From the human T2T-CHM13v2.0 reference genome, Homo sapiens, in the NCBI RefSeq assembly GCF_009914755.1, contig NC_060929.1: a stretch of 64,000 nucleotides of DNA. One strand, given 5' to 3'. The notes beneath the pieces are model-generated. The model was not told the DNA's origin. It did no database searches and saw nothing but the letters and a program-made list of their open reading frames with translations. The position numbers and the translations under genes were made by a program. Shown one piece after another: positions 1 through 15,844 of this stretch; position 1 is the first letter of the stretch; every line of letters begins with the position of its first letter.

Positions 1-28
1 AACCCGTGTTGTTCAAGAGTCAGCTGTA
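1..28. mobile_element. Terminal fragment of a Tigger1/MER2-type DNA transposon
   Basis: gttgttcaagagtcagctg + TA resembles the Tigger terminal inverted repeat. Confidence 0.5.
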
Positions 29-39
29 TTAAAGGATAA

Positions 40-760
40 ATGACAACTGTAAAGAAATCTGAAAGATAACACCATAACCAAATCAAATTTTATATCACCA
101 GTAATGGGTTGGTTTGACACCATGTGTTTTCTGATATGTACTGCAAAGGACAAAACACCACTTCCAGGGTGTTTCTGCTAAAAATTCACAACTCAAATCT
201 ATTCATGACAGACAAATACAACCTAAGGGACATTCTAAAAAATAAATGACCTGTACTTTTTAAAAATGTCAGGGTTATGAAAAACAAAGACTGAGGAAAC
301 GTCCACATTAAAAGAGACTAAAGAAACTTGTTAACTAAATACAATGAAAGATCTAATACAAAGATTAGACCAGAAAAAAATTTCTCTAACAGCACTGGTG
401 GAACAACTACAAACATCTAAATAAGGTTTGTAGATTATATAATATTGTATCAGCATTAATTTGCTGACTTTGACAATTTTACTGTGTTATATAACAAAAT
501 GGTCTTGGATGTCGGAAATTCATTCTAGAATAATTACAAGTAAAGAAAGGGACATCATGCCTGCAACTTACTCATAAGTGGGTCAGAAAAAAACCTTACT
601 ATAAGTATAAAGAAAGGAAAGACAGAATGGTAACACAAACGTGGTTTTAAAATGTTAACATTTAGGAAATCTTAGTGAAGGATACATGAGGATTTTTGTA
701 CTATTTTTGCCATTTTTCTGTAAGTATAAAATTATATCAAAATTATTTTTAAATTCTATT
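40..760 (+). mobile_element. Old L1 (L1MC/L1ME-like) 3' end
   Basis: Typical 3' UTR text, e.g. 'tttttgtactatttttgccatttttctgtaag...aaaattat'. Confidence 0.55.
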
Positions 761-1456
761 AAGCCACAGTTATATCCACACAGAATTAACTTCTCACAAT
801 CTTATTAGATTAATAAAAACTCAATTTCTTACAGGAAGACAGAGGAGTTAAGGAGTTATCAAAGAATAAACAAATGGTAGAGTTGGGATTTGTCTGTGTC
901 TAAAACGATGATCTCTCTGTGTCACTTCCTACCACACCAAGCTATCAGGTACTCTTGAGTATTTTGAACACTAATGCAACTTCAATGAAAACAAGTAAAC
1001 AAACTTGATAGAGGACTTTTTCCATTTTCCTTTAAACTAAATTAAGGAACCAAAAGGCTTCACTTTTTTCTAAGCAGTGGCAAAACAAAAAAAAATGTGC
1101 CAAAGTTTGACTTTAGAGACAAGAACTGCTGCTCTTTGCCATAGCTTTCCCCATAGCATGCTATTTTAATATGGAAATGAAACCACATTTTCACCTTATC
1201 AACCTTTAGACGCTGCCACATAAATTAATATAGTACCACATAAGCAAATAATGAGGTGTTGACATAGAGCAACCTTCAAAATTTGTGTCTTAAAATTAAT
1301 GCTAAAATGTTTTCTATAATTTAAAAAAAACTATTTGAAGCTCTGGACATTTCGGGACCACTAGTAAGGTTTCTAAAACCTTAACACAACAGCCATATCT
1401 AGAAAGATCATCAGTGAATTAGAACCTAAAGTAACAGTTTCTCAAATTTAAGTTCA

Positions 1457-1804
<348 letters not shown>

Positions 1805-3465
1805 TTAGGTAAAACAACCCTTTTGGAAGTATTTGGAAATAGGTATCCATACCTTGAAAAATACTACATATCTCAGTAATGTCCCCTCCAATTATTTGTC
1901 CTAAAGGAAAAACCAGAAGTATAGAACAAGTTTTATGGAGGATGGGGAAGAAAAAGTTCACTGCACTATTTCAATGAGTCAATAATCTGTTAAATCTTAG
2001 TGCCCCTATAGGAAGGAGCATCTTCACAATGGAGCTGTAAAAAATTATTTTTAGAGTCTTGAAAATGTGTAACAGAAAACATTCCTTCATATGTAACCGT
2101 AATTGCCTCCCAACATGCATAGATGATGCTAAACAGATGATTCTTTCAACTGCTGAACACTTTGAGGAATTACTTTGCATAATGGAGACAGAAGACTTCT
2201 GAATTAATAAGGAGTGCAGTAAAAAGGTAATGGGGAGACACAGAAACGGAGGAAAAGAGAGACGTATCAAGATCAGCAAGACTGGGACTAGGTAAAGCCA
2301 CTTATTCTCCATAATGCATGGGAAACCAGAAAATGTGTTTTAGAGTATGAGAATGTTTAAGGTAGAAATACAAATTGCATGGCTGTAATGAAATCCCATT
2401 TCTACTTCCCCAAAATGGTGATAAAAGTCTGTTCTCCACACATTTTTTTCCCCCTTGGGGAGTAAGAATAGGAAAAGGCAAGGAAGATCTCAAGAAGATG
2501 TTCAGTTTCCCATCTGGAACAGTCTGGAGAAGTACAGAGAAGTAGCTAGCACACACAGAAAGAGAAATTAAAGACACAAAAGAGGACTTAAAACATATGT
2601 TCTGGAAACCTGAAGAGATATCAGGAGATATAAATGAGTTTTTTCTTATTTATTTTTCTGAATTTTCTGTAAAGGAATTTTAACTGGAAAAACAACACAA
2701 ATTCTTAAAAATATATTTGTACAGAGAAAGAAACAAGTGTAAATACACCAAGATATCTTTTTTGCCCCAGAAAAAGTAAAAAAAGGGATCAGTTAGGAGG
2801 ACATCCTTTCTATATCTCAATAGTTACCTGCTTTCAGTGGGCTACTATACACTTTAAAGATACTATAAACCAAAACAGTTAAATTCTGAGCATTGTATCG
2901 TAAGAAGTAACAATTCCACAACACACTTCACTTACATGTTACTTTCATTTGAAGCTGACTATTCTTTGTCAAGCATAAAGTAAATTAAATGCTTTCAACA
3001 TCTCCTGGAAAGTAAAATTTTATCTTCCATATTTTACATACAGAGAAGGAAAAGGAAGAATAGGGAAGGAGAACTATTCTTATTGTTTTCTGATTCAACC
3101 ATAGGTTTTAAAATTGAAGTGGTATTCATTAAGAAGCTATTTTTGAAAGAATTATGCTAAGTGATAGAGGGCATATAAAGCAAAATTTTAAACGTCAGAA
3201 ATCCAAAACTAAAAAAAAGTATGTAAGTAACTAGGATGTAAGGTGAGCTTCAAGAGAGCTAAAGGTCAAAGGAAGAGGTCACTGACTGGAGGAAGTAGGA
3301 AAGGGTCCAAGTAGGAAGGAACATTTGAAATGAGCTTTGAAGAAGAGGAGGACTAACAGATGGGAAAATTATAATATTTCTCAGCTAGCAGAGATTTAAT
3401 TTTCATAAATTAGAATCATGAACTCAGAGCCTAATTAAGCATCCTAATAAAATCGTGCTACATAC

Positions 3466-3648
3466 CTCCAATCCACATCTAAGTCTTCACTCACACTGGA
3501 GTCATCCTCCAGGTTATTGTTACCATCCAACATGAAAGCTGGCTGTGCAAATTCATTGGCAGGTTCATTTCCCTCATCACTGCTGCTTTCATTGACTTCA
3601 TTGTACTGTAACCAAGGAATTTCTCCCTCTTCCAAGGATGTCTGTTCC
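3466..3648 (-). CDS. PJA2: PJA2 exon 6 ([15 protein letters not shown]...[23 protein letters not shown])
   Basis: ORF 3444..3635 matches the conserved Praja block upstream of the RING; acceptor tgtactag|G, donor AG|GTATGT; 183 nt, phase 2-2. The gene continues beyond position 1. Confidence 0.96.
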
Positions 3649-3979
3649 CTAGTACAAACATTTTAAAGGAAGAAAAAAATATTATTTTAAAACATACCAT
3701 AACACTGTCTTTAATTCTATTCCATGCAAGTGGATTCTGTTGAGTTCTAAGCTCTTGGTACTTTTATAATTCTAAAAAACTGTCTTCCTTAACTGCAGAA
3801 TTATGTAAAAAAAGGAAAGAAATCAGTTATAGGGTCATATGTATACAGAAATAGTTCCTAATTACATAGGAACATATTTATTTGATTTACAAATTATCTA
3901 TGCTGTTTTCTCCTTCTGTAGGAGAAACGTAAGAAAAATCCAACCCTGACTACTTGAATTTTGAAACAATGCTCTTGAG

Positions 3980-4400
3980 TACTTTCCCTTCACAGTTTAA
4001 ATCTGAATTCCTCAACCTGGCCTTCAAATCCCTACATAACACATGCTTTCTGCTCAGCCCACTTCTCCAACAGCATCTCTCATCAATCTTCCCCAGCTAC
4101 TATGCTCCTACTGTTCTTCCTACTTTTGAAACACATGGAGATCATTTCTACCTTGGGGCCACTTCCTCTACCTAAAATGTTCTTGCACTGAATTTTTACT
4201 TTGCTACTTTCTTCTTGATGTTCATGTCAGATTCATAAGTCACCATCTCAGGGAGGCCTGTCTTGAACATTCAGTTTAAATAGCTCTCCAGTTACTGACT
4301 ACCACATAACTCTGCTTATTTAAACTATAAAATTTATTTTTGTTTAACATTTTCTTATTTGTTTACTGTCAGTCTACTCCTACTAGAAACTAACTAAACA
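3980..4400 (+). mobile_element. L2 fragment
   Basis: Degenerate L2 3' region motifs (ctcaacctggccttcaa..., gtcaccatctcagggaggcct). Confidence 0.5.
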
Positions 4401-4495
4401 GGAACAGAGACACACAAATCAATGGTACAGATCAAGAAAATAAGGAGGAGATAAAGGAAGCATTTCAAAACAGGAAGAAAAAAAAGGACTCATTA

Positions 4496-4787
4496 GGCTA
4501 GGTGCAGTGGCTCACCCCTATAATCCCAGCACTTTGGGAGTCCGAGTCAGGCAGATCACTTGAGGCCAGGAGTTTGAGACCAGCCTGGACAACATAGTGA
4601 AACGCTGTCTCTACTAAAAGTACAAAAAATTAGCTGGGTGCATGCCTAATTCCACCTACTCAGGAAGCTGAGGCATGAGAATCGCTTGAACTCAGGAGGC
4701 AGAGGTTGCAGTGAGCTGAGATCACACCACTGCACTCCAGCCTGGGCAACAAAGCGAGACTGTGTCTCAAAAAACAAAAACAAAAAA
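4496..4787 (+). mobile_element. AluS/J
   Basis: Full dimer; TSD aaaaaaggactcat. Confidence 0.92.
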
Positions 4788-4967
4788 GGACTCATCAATA
4801 AAATGTACTGGGACAACTGGGTATTCGCCCGCAGGGAGGGAGGTTAAATCCCTTAAATAAACTTTAGCTATACTTTTTTGAAGTACATGTGTATATGCAC
4901 CCCCCACCTCACTTAAACAATGAGTACGAGAATAGTCATGAGGAAATTTTATAAAAATTTCAGTGTC

Positions 4968-5280
<313 letters not shown>

Positions 5281-7079
5281 CTAAGCATGATATAAAACCC
5301 TGAAGTCACAAAATTTGGACACAAAACTCAAACTGAGAAACGTGAACTACAATACAAGAGAGACAAAGGGCTTTTCCTTAATCAATAGAAGCTTAAAATG
5401 TAAAAAAAAACTGTAAGAAAAACATCAATATATATCAACAGAAAGGAGGCAAAGGATATAATAATTAGCAGAAAAGGAAATTCAAATAGCCCTTAAATAT
5501 ATAAAGAGATGCTCTGCCTCATTTATAATAAGCAAAATGCAAATTAAAACAACTGAAATATGTTTCAACTATTAGCAAAAATAAAAAATTCTGATAATAC
5601 CCTGTGTGTTGGTGAAGCTCTGAAGAAAGCTTTGAAGAAAGGCAATTCATATAGTGTTGGTAAGAAAGTGACTAATTTAAGTTCTTTGTAGAGAAACCCG
5701 GCAAAAGCTATAGATTAGGTTTATGCACACTCACTGACCTAGTGGTTCGGCTTCCAGTTATTTCTCCTAAACATGTACAATGTGTTTTTTATTTTTTCTT
5801 CAGCATTACTCACAATAGCCAAAACTGTCCACCAAATGAAACTGGTATACTCATGTAGTAGTATACAGTAAGTTCTGACTTAACTTTATACGAGCTTCTT
5901 AGAATCTGTGACTTTAAGCAAAACAAGGTAGAACTATGCAGACTTAAAATGAATAAAGGAAATCTATATGAATATGGAACAATCTAAAAAACAGATCTAT
6001 AAACAAAACAAATAACGAAACCAAGGTGTACACATATGTCTACACAATGTGCTACCGGTTGCATAAAAAATGAAATGGAACGTGTACACATATATGCTTT
6101 TATGTGTACGGAAGATCTTTAGAAGTTCAAAAAGGAAGCTGGTTATAATGGTTTTTAATTGGTCTTTCCATACTGTCTAAACTCACTTTTTATTGTTGTA
6201 TGAATCCTTTTTTTTTAAAACAACTGTAATTTCATCTGTTTATCAAGAGAAGTTCAACCAGAAATAGCTACCCAAGCAATAAACTGTTAGCAATTCATTA
6301 AATATTTCCAAAGCACTCAAACTTGTGTCATTAAATCTGTATTCACTCTTACTGGTATTTCAGAAACCATCCCTTTAATTATGCAAAGTACAATAGTGAA
6401 AAGAATTTTTTTAGTTTCATGAGTCATGTGACCAATTATTAAGGAGTCACACAGTTGTTTGTATATTTAGCCTAAAGATAGCTAAAACTAACAGATGTTT
6501 AGCAGATGCTTAACAAATTTTAAAACCTTGAAGGTTTTCTCAATTTCAACCAAAGTACAGGTTATTTTCTCCCTTTGGTCAAAGCTCTATTGGTGTCTAT
6601 CTAGACAACTCAAGCTTTTGAAAATGTACTAATTTATTCCCATTTTTTATTCTTCTTTCTGTTCCATCCCAGATATTAGAACTTTTTTTGGGCTAGATTT
6701 AATTAGGTTGTCATAATTATGCAATTGACATTTGGTGTACTACATCATTCTGAATGAAATACATCATTCTGAATGCAAAATATATTAATTGGAAAGAGAC
6801 TTGTGATCTACACACATCATGGTAATACAAAAACTACCTTACTAAATAGTCTGAATCACTGTTAGAAAATAAAATCCAGGTTAGAGAAAATAAATATGTA
6901 ATCATAGATTCATCAAAACAAGGCTGCTAGCTCTAAGAGCAAGTCTAAGGATGAAAAATGTGTGAGCAAAACCATAATTTGGCACTACAGTAATGTAAAA
7001 GACTAATTTTTGAAAAACTGGGCTTCTTAAATTACCAACATTCAATATCTGTGCTCTTGCTTTTTCTTTTGCTTAGAAA

Positions 7080-7385
7080 GTTCTTTCTGAACCCTAATTC
7101 TCATCTTTAAGAACTCAGCTCAAAAGTCAATTCTAAAGAGACGTCATCCCTGACCACTTTAATATCTTCATCATTTACCTTCTTTCACATCACTGTTTTA
7201 TTCCCTTCACAGTAATCATCACATGTGTAATGTACTGGGTTTGTATCTTGGTTATCATCTGCCTTTCCTACTACAATGTAAGCTTCATGAAGGAATGTTA
7301 TTTGTTTACTGATATAACGCCAATATCCAACACAATGCCTGGCACAAAGTAAATGCTCAATAAATATTTGCTGAGTGAATAACTG
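7080..7385 (+). mobile_element. L2 3' end
   Basis: Ends in the canonical 'acaatgcctggcac...atgctcaataaatatttgctgagtgaat'. Confidence 0.7.
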
Positions 7386-7442
7386 CTAACACAAATGACA
7401 TATGAATAATTTATACTTAGTAAACTAAACTAACAGTGATTA

Positions 7443-7812
<370 letters not shown>

Positions 7813-8549
7813 TCTCTCATGAAGAGGAAAAAAATGCCACCTCAACCTACCACTGTTGAAACCAATTATGTTTGTGAATTTCTTTCTTTATAGATTTTTC
7901 TATATATTTTATTCCTAGATTTTCTTATAGGATTAATCTCAAGCTGAAAATGTATATGCTTTGAGAAGTACAAGTTTTAATATTAGTCTACACTGAAAAA
8001 GTTCTTTTCCTAAAAAAAAACATAATTTACCAAAATAGTTCCCATGAGACTAAGAATTAGAACCAATTATCATAGAAAAAAATTAAATTATCAAAAAGAT
8101 ATTCTACAATAAAACAAGAGGCCTAGATGGTTTCACAAGGGAATACTAACAAACTTTAAAGGAATAAATAAGCTATTTAAGCAACAGATGCAAAGGACAA
8201 AAAAAGAAAAAGAATACACATCTTTTTAGCAAAGCAAGTACCAAACTGATATTGAAACAAAAAACTAAAAGACAATTTGCATCTAGGAATCTCATTATAA
8301 AAATCCCATGTAAAATATTAGAATCCAGCAGCCCATTAAAATAACAATAAACCATGACTGTGATCAGATTTGGTTTATTTCAAGGAGCAAGGGAAGTTGA
8401 ATATTAGCAAATCTAATTATAGAACAATTCTTCATGATCAGGGCAAAAGTAAAAAACCATCATGATCACTTCCATTGATGCTGAAAAGACTTTCATAAAA
8501 TTCAACAAACATTCTTGCTAGAAACCCATAAAATAGTAAAAGGTTGGAA

Positions 8550-8690
8550 GACAGCTATACCCATTCATTTACATCTTGTCTATGGCTACTTTTATACTGC
8601 AACAGTAGAGGTGAGTAGCTGCAACAAAGACTGGACACAAAGCCATAAATATTTATTATCTAGCCCTTCATGGTATGTTTGACAACCCTT
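8550..8690 (+). mobile_element. MER58A-like hAT fossil within an old L1 ORF2 fragment (~8050-8790)
   Basis: 'cattcatttacatcttgtctatggctactttt...aatatttattatctagccctt...tttgacaaccc'. Confidence 0.6.
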
Positions 8691-9179
8691 ACAGTACTAG
8701 AGCTTTCCCATTAAAATGAGGAAAGAACAAAAATGTTTATCATCAATCACTGATATTTTGGAGATCTCATCCAATGCAATTAGACAAGAATATGAACACT
8801 AGCTTTTGCAACTAACTGTCTCCATTTCTGTGAATGAATCACTGATTTCCCTCTTGAGGCTGTCCTTTCTCCCTTGAGCAATGACAGTGCTAATTCACCC
8901 ATTCCTAACTTAACCAAAATGACATTTTAGGTGCCCAACTTTTCTTATTAAAGCCAAGTGGAGACATATATTGTATCTCCATAAACGATACTGAAATTAT
9001 CAGTATTTTCAACTTAATTGTTCTTTTTAAAATACCAAAAGCATAATGAAAAAATCAGGGGGGCCTACTGGTTCTACATAAGGCTTATAAATACAATTAA
9101 TGGCATATCCAACATTTGAATGTAAAATATACCACTCTTGTACAATATACAGAAAAATAAATCTCACTGTTGAACATAC

Positions 9180-9365
9180 CCTTCCTGAAGAGATAATTCT
9201 TGGTTTTCTTCTTCAGGGCCACTGCTATCACTTTGTAGCTCAGGTTCATTCTCATCTTTTCCTGGCAGAGTCTCCCAGCTTTCATCACTTGAGGATTGAT
9301 CTTTTTCTGTACCAGAAAATCGATGAGGCAAAGAAGCAGACCATTCCCCATCACTGCATTCAGAA
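9180..9365 (-). CDS. PJA2: PJA2 exon 5 ([16 protein letters not shown]...[14 protein letters not shown]...LSLQEG)
   Basis: Acceptor tttgcag|TTCTGAA, donor GG|GTATGT; 186 nt, phase 2-2; open when spliced to exon 4 (this frame is not in the ORF track). Confidence 0.95.
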
Positions 9366-9436
9366 CTGCAAATCAGAAGAGAAATAAACTATCATAATGT
9401 GTTCAGTTATTTTTATCATTTGGGGTGTTAACTAGA

Positions 9437-9852
9437 TGATATGGTTTGGATCTGTGTCCCCACCAAATCTCATGTTGAACTGTAATCCAAAATGTTGGAG
9501 ATGGGGCCTGGTGGGAGGTGACTGCATCATGGGGGTGTATCCTTCATAAGAGTTTAGCATTATCCCCTTGGTACTGTTCTTGTGATACTGAGTTTTCACC
9601 AGATCTGGTTGTTTAAAAGTGTGTGGCACCTCCCCCCTCATTCTTTCTTACACCTGCTCCTGCCAAGTGAGAAGCCTTGTTCCCGCTCTGCATTCCACCA
9701 TGATTGGAAGCTTCCTGAGGCACCCCCAAGAAGCAGAAGCCACTATGCTTCCTGTACAGCCTGCTGAACTATGAACCAATTAAACCTCTTTTCTTTATAA
9801 ATTACCCAGTCTCAGGTGTTTGTTTATAGCAATGCAAGGATGAACTAATACA
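9437..9852 (+). mobile_element. MaLR solo LTR (MSTA/MSTB-like)
   Basis: TGATATGGTTTGG...CTAATACA termini; 5-bp TSD ctaga/ccaga. Confidence 0.9.
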
Positions 9853-10368
9853 CCAGACATCATAGTATAGAGTGGAGTGTCGATGCCACATATGCTTTGT
9901 CAGGTGCTAATTCAATCTTCAGACTATTAAACAAATAAATGCATGCAGTAGAGTGTGACTCTTTGAAAAGAATATGGCATATGGCAAGTTATGGAATATA
10001 TCACTTTACTTTTTCTTACACTACATCCATGGTACCTAGATAGGGGCTTGTCATATTTTAGACACATTTCTAAATAAATTTTTAAATACAATTTGGTAAT
10101 CTTAAATGCTACCTGGAATAAATGTAAGTAGACTTACTGCATATCTAACATGACTAAAACAACTTTCAAATTATATACTGACAACTAATGACATATTTTC
10201 TATGAATAAATTTCTACTATTACCATGTAATAAAAAGTTAACTGTCTTTTTCCTTCCTTTTTCCCAAAGAACTTTTCAAGAAGTGACATTCAAATGCATA
10301 AAAAGCAGTACTGGCAAAACTTTACTGTCCTTAGGTAGCACTGTGAATACAAAATAAATTTCAGTTCA

Positions 10369-10674
10369 GGCCGGGCATGGTGGCTCACACCTATAAATCC
10401 CAGCACTTTGGGAGGCTGAGGTGGGCAGATCACCTGAGGTCGGGAGTTCGAGAGCAGCCTGACCAACATAGAGAAACTCCATCTCTACTAAAAATACAAA
10501 ATTAGCTGGGCGTGGCGCTGCACGCCTGTAATCCCAGCTACTTGGGAGGCTGAGGCAGGAGTTCAGCTTGAACTTGGGAGGTGGAGGTTGCAGTGAGCAG
10601 AGATTGTGCCATCGCACTCCAGCCTGGGCAACAGGAGTGAAACTCCCTCTCAAAAAAAAAAAAAAAAAAAAAAA
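10369..10674 (+). mobile_element. AluSp-like
   Basis: Full dimer with GAGGTCGGGAG and gcaacaggagtgaaactcc features. Confidence 0.9.
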
Positions 10675-11619
10675 GCAGCACAGAAAATTACTTTTGATTA
10701 CATTTAGCCAACTTGGTTACAATTAACTACTCTTAGTTTTTAAAGAATTAGTCCTCTTATGCTACCAAAGGCTAAAATATTACTTATCAATGTTGAAAAT
10801 AAGTCTTAAATGCCCCCTCCAACCATATCAACCATTTTGGTTAAGAATCTCCTCAAAGATCTCTCTACGTTCACTAGACTTGGAAAATCAAAAATAACAA
10901 TTTTAGTTTACATTTTTGAAAGGAAGTGATAATTGGTAGGAAATTACATTTTTTAATGATGATTATTATGTCAATACGCAGTTAGTGATTTCCTTTATTA
11001 ACAGATGCACTCAAAAGATCAAGATGATATTAACAAACAGTAGCACTAATCTAAGCTCTGAGAAGTTTACTAGAAGCAAAGATATAAAATCAACTGCCAA
11101 TTTCCAGTAAGCAATGGATGGCAGGGCATTAACATCCCGGAGAAGGAAAGCTATAAACCCTAGGCACAGCAACTAAAAGGTGTTCTTTCAGCTGGGTCTA
11201 AGCCAAAGTTCCTTGTATGCTGTACAATTTTCTGTGACCCAAAGAATAATCTAATATAAACAATTTCTAGACTTATATAAGTATTAAAATCCAACACAGA
11301 AAGTAGTTTTAAAGGAGCTTATTGACCTAAGTTTCCTTGAGTAAGAACCTTCTAAAATTCAAAGCTAAATTACCAACTCCTATTTTAATGTCTTTAACAA
11401 TTAGGGTAAGATTTCTATATAAATTTGTGGCAATTCTTAACATATATAAAAGAGAAGCTCAGTTTTTAAAAAAAAATTTTCACTCAGAATATGATCCTGT
11501 CCAAAGAGATAACATTAAAAAGTCCTCACTTTTCCATATTAATCAAATAACTCATGGAATATCTCTAAACTTCAATACAAGAGGAATGTCTATGATCAAT
11601 AATCAAGAAGCCTATGTTA

Positions 11620-11795
11620 TGGATTGGCAAACTACTACAGGCTTGGGTTCAAACCTGACTCTGCTGCCTGTTTTTTAATGGTGTGTGAGCTAAAAATGGT
11701 TTTTACATGTTTATCTTTAATTTTGCCTCTTAGTCACCAAAGCCTAAAATATTTACCATCAGCTCCTTTAAGAAAAGGTTTGCAGACCCCACGCC
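11620..11795 (+). mobile_element. MER58-like hAT fossil
   Basis: 'ggcaaactac...gagctaaaaatggtttttaca...cctaaaatatttaccatc...aaaggtttgcagacccc'. Confidence 0.65.
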
Positions 11796-12419
11796 TATAT
11801 CATTATTACTCATGATACCTAACCCTCAATGCTAAGGAGACAACTTTTAAATGCATATCCCCAGCCAGCCCCAACCATCACACTAAGCTTTCACAATCAC
11901 TAACTACCCTCTAAGCATTTTAAGATTTTTCACCTTCCTTGTCAAAAATTCTATTATAAAATTAATCTGTCAGATGAATCCCTATCTTGATTTGTTATCT
12001 TTTAATGCTATCACCATGCTCTCATTCTGCAAACACTTATTTTTTGACTCTTCACAAACTCCCCACATTCAAATCCTTTCTTACTTTCCATTCTTTCTCT
12101 GCACAATGGCTCTTGTAGTCTTAGCTCCTTTTTCTCCGTTTCTCCTAAAATGTAAAACCCTAGTTCAAATGCTTTTCTCCAAATTAGACCTATATAGTCA
12201 ATTATTAATTGGTGTTCCTAAATTTAATTCCACTCCCTCAAAATGCATTCTGAATACTACCATCACTTCAATTTACATATCAAACAGTATGTTTATAGTA
12301 TTACTCCAAAAAACCTTCAACAGCTCTTTTTTCTAATGCTACTGCTTTAGTTTCACAAACAAGCCATTTGCCTATCACTCTCACAATTTTTGCTGCAGTT
12401 GCACATTAACCCTCTGTCT

Positions 12420-12645
12420 TAAGGTACGATAGTTGAGAATACAGGTCCTGGTCAGCTTGCCTGGAGTTAAACCCACCACTTATTAGCTATGAAAACCTCT
12501 CTATGCCTTTTTAGCCTCACATATCAGGTGAATACAACAACAGTATTTAATAGTTCACTGGGTTCATGTAAAGGGTAAGTGAGTTAATATATATAAAACA
12601 TTTTCACAATGCCTGATAAATAATGAGCCATCAATAACTGTTAGC
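12420..12645 (+). mobile_element. MIR
   Basis: Degenerate MIR core and 3' end. Confidence 0.5.
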
Positions 12646-13212
12646 GAGTCTTTTTTTAACATTTTTTTAAACTCAAATACATTTAGTTAGGATAAGCAAT
12701 AGCCATTAAGTCCTGAATTTGATGTGCTACCTATATTTTCTTAATTTCCATTAACATAAATACATAATGATTAAATTAAAAACATTGTGTACCACTTAAT
12801 ATATTTTACCCACTTTGGAAATAGTGACCTATAGAATAAAAAGTTAAATGTCTTTGAATAACACTTATAATTTACTGCTATCTGATCCCAGTACTTTCTT
12901 GCATCCAACTCAAGAATGCTCTATTTCAAACAGTGTCCTCAAAGTGGGCATTCTTGCCATCAGGAATATCTTTATAATCACTTCACCTTTTCCCCACTTC
13001 CAAACACAGATCAGACTCTATTTCTTTCAAGACCTTCCTGTATAAAATCGCTTCTTTTGTTTTTCAATTATTTCATGAACTAGACTTCTTGTTTACTCAG
13101 TGCAGCTCACTACAACACAGCTGCTTCTTTAACATTGCAATTATTTTTCATAATAGTGCAGAGAAATCAAAGAAAATGGGTACTGAGAAAAGACAAATGG
13201 ATGTGGAAATCA

Positions 13213-13718
<506 letters not shown>

Positions 13719-15844
13719 GAATACAGAAATAATATTAGGAATTAGATTTCAAGGCAGTAAGAAGAGTGGATAGTGACAGAATAGAGACAGTGGGTATGGA
13801 AAACTTTTTCTTAAAATTCAGCAGTAGAAAAGAAAACACAAACAGGCAAATAACAGAGCAAGAAAAAGTAAAGGTTTTCTTCAAGATTGAGAAAAACTCA
13901 AGGTTGAGAGACAGAGGGAAGCAACCTGTGAGTAAGGACAATTAGATGAAGTGTCAGAAATAACTAGAGGCACAGAATGAGAGGGGCTACCTCTCTTCAT
14001 TGAAGAGGAAATTAAAAATACAAATAAATACTACTATCCCCTAATATGGAGAAGAGGAAAATAAGAAAATTCACATTTACATATTTTTAACTTCTACAGG
14101 AAAATAAGAAACGAAGCTAACCATTAGGAGTGACAGGAGTACATGGAAGGAAAAAAGGGAAAAGATTTAAAAATCACTTTTTAAGGAGTAAGCAACAGAA
14201 CAAATAGGACACAAAAATGATCATGGAACAGTGAAGATCCATTTGTTCTAGATTTTAAAAGCGGGTGAATGACACATTTAAAAGTTCTCAAAGTAAAAAC
14301 TAAATTAAGTACTACTTTGATCTTCATATGATCCTTCACTGGTACTGATCCCTTTTAGCACCTAAGAGTTGTATTTAAAAAGCAGACAACTATAATTTAC
14401 TCAAATGTTACACTCTACACATTCAATTGTGAACTAAAAAAACTTGATATACAGAATGAAATTATAGACAAAATTTATGTACAAATCCTAGGCAGAAATA
14501 AGCTATGGAAACATAAAACCAACCAAAAGTAATCTCTCATTCCATAATTCCCCAAGGTACTTGTTACTTTGTTCTTCCTGGCATTTATCACAGCCACAAG
14601 AAACTCAACTACAGGAGCCTAGGAAAAAGTGAAATTTTAAATATTTTGTTATCTGACATAATCTAAACATTCTGGAACTTTTTACCACTATTAACACTGA
14701 ACTGTAATGTAATACAGTGATATGAATGGATTATGTCCAAATATATAAGTCTGCTTAATTTCATTAAGATGGCTATGATTTTTGCATTGTGCCTGCTTTT
14801 TGTCACTTTCTGGTCTTTTTCCTTAGTATCAGGTTATTGTAATCCCATGAACTCCCTAGCATATCTGCAGAACAAACACATTTATACCTAATGTGCTCCT
14901 TCCAAACTTCTATGAACTTGAAAACAAGATAAAAAGGTTTGCTAAAATGTCAGCACATATGCTTTAAGATCTGTGCCTTGGCTGCATATAGATGTTTTAT
15001 TTGTTGGGGGTAGTACCAAGTTCTCAGACAAACTCTTTCTTTGTGGCTCTCAGGTAACCTACACGGAACAGGAAAGGCGCTTAATTCAGCCTCACAATAA
15101 TAAATACGTATATTTTGTCTTCTTCATAAAGCTAGTGAACCTGTGGGAACAGGGACCATTATGATTTGTATTAACAGGGCACCTGGAACAAAGTCTGGCA
15201 CTTAAGATTTCAACAAATCCTTTAATATATCATATTGAAGTCAACTAAATGGCTAACAATCATTTTATTTCCCAACATCATCAACAAAGTAAGTTGTCCC
15301 AACATTTTACCTTAAGTAAGGTTTTTAAATTTTAAGCAAAGTTAAGTCCTAAGGCCACAAAAATTCTGCAAGAAACCTCAAATGCTATAAGTAAGGAACA
15401 GACAGTAGATGGCATGCCTCTCTTCAGAGCAGTTAGGCCCAAGGTTAAGATATGCTAGTATTGCTGAAAGGTTTTTTTTAAACTCAAGATCTTGTCCTCA
15501 AACAGTTACTAAACTTCTCAGGGTATATTTCAAAAGAGCAGGGTATTAACCTTAGCTCTTTGGTCTAATTCTAAGTCTGGTAATTATATGCTGCCTATTA
15601 AAATTCCCCTTGGAGTCCTAATTTAATAAGGTGGTGCTCAGTACCTGTCAAACAGCTCAGAGCAATGCTACTGGCTGCAATGTTTATCCCACAGAGTGTA
15701 ACATTTCAGATGTGATTAAATGATCATTTAGAATTTTTCAGGGAAGAAGGCAATCATGAATTCATTAAAATACTTTTCTACTTAAAAAGAATATATAATT
15801 CATATTTTTAAAAAGTAGCCAAAATTCCTATATCTAAAAATGCT

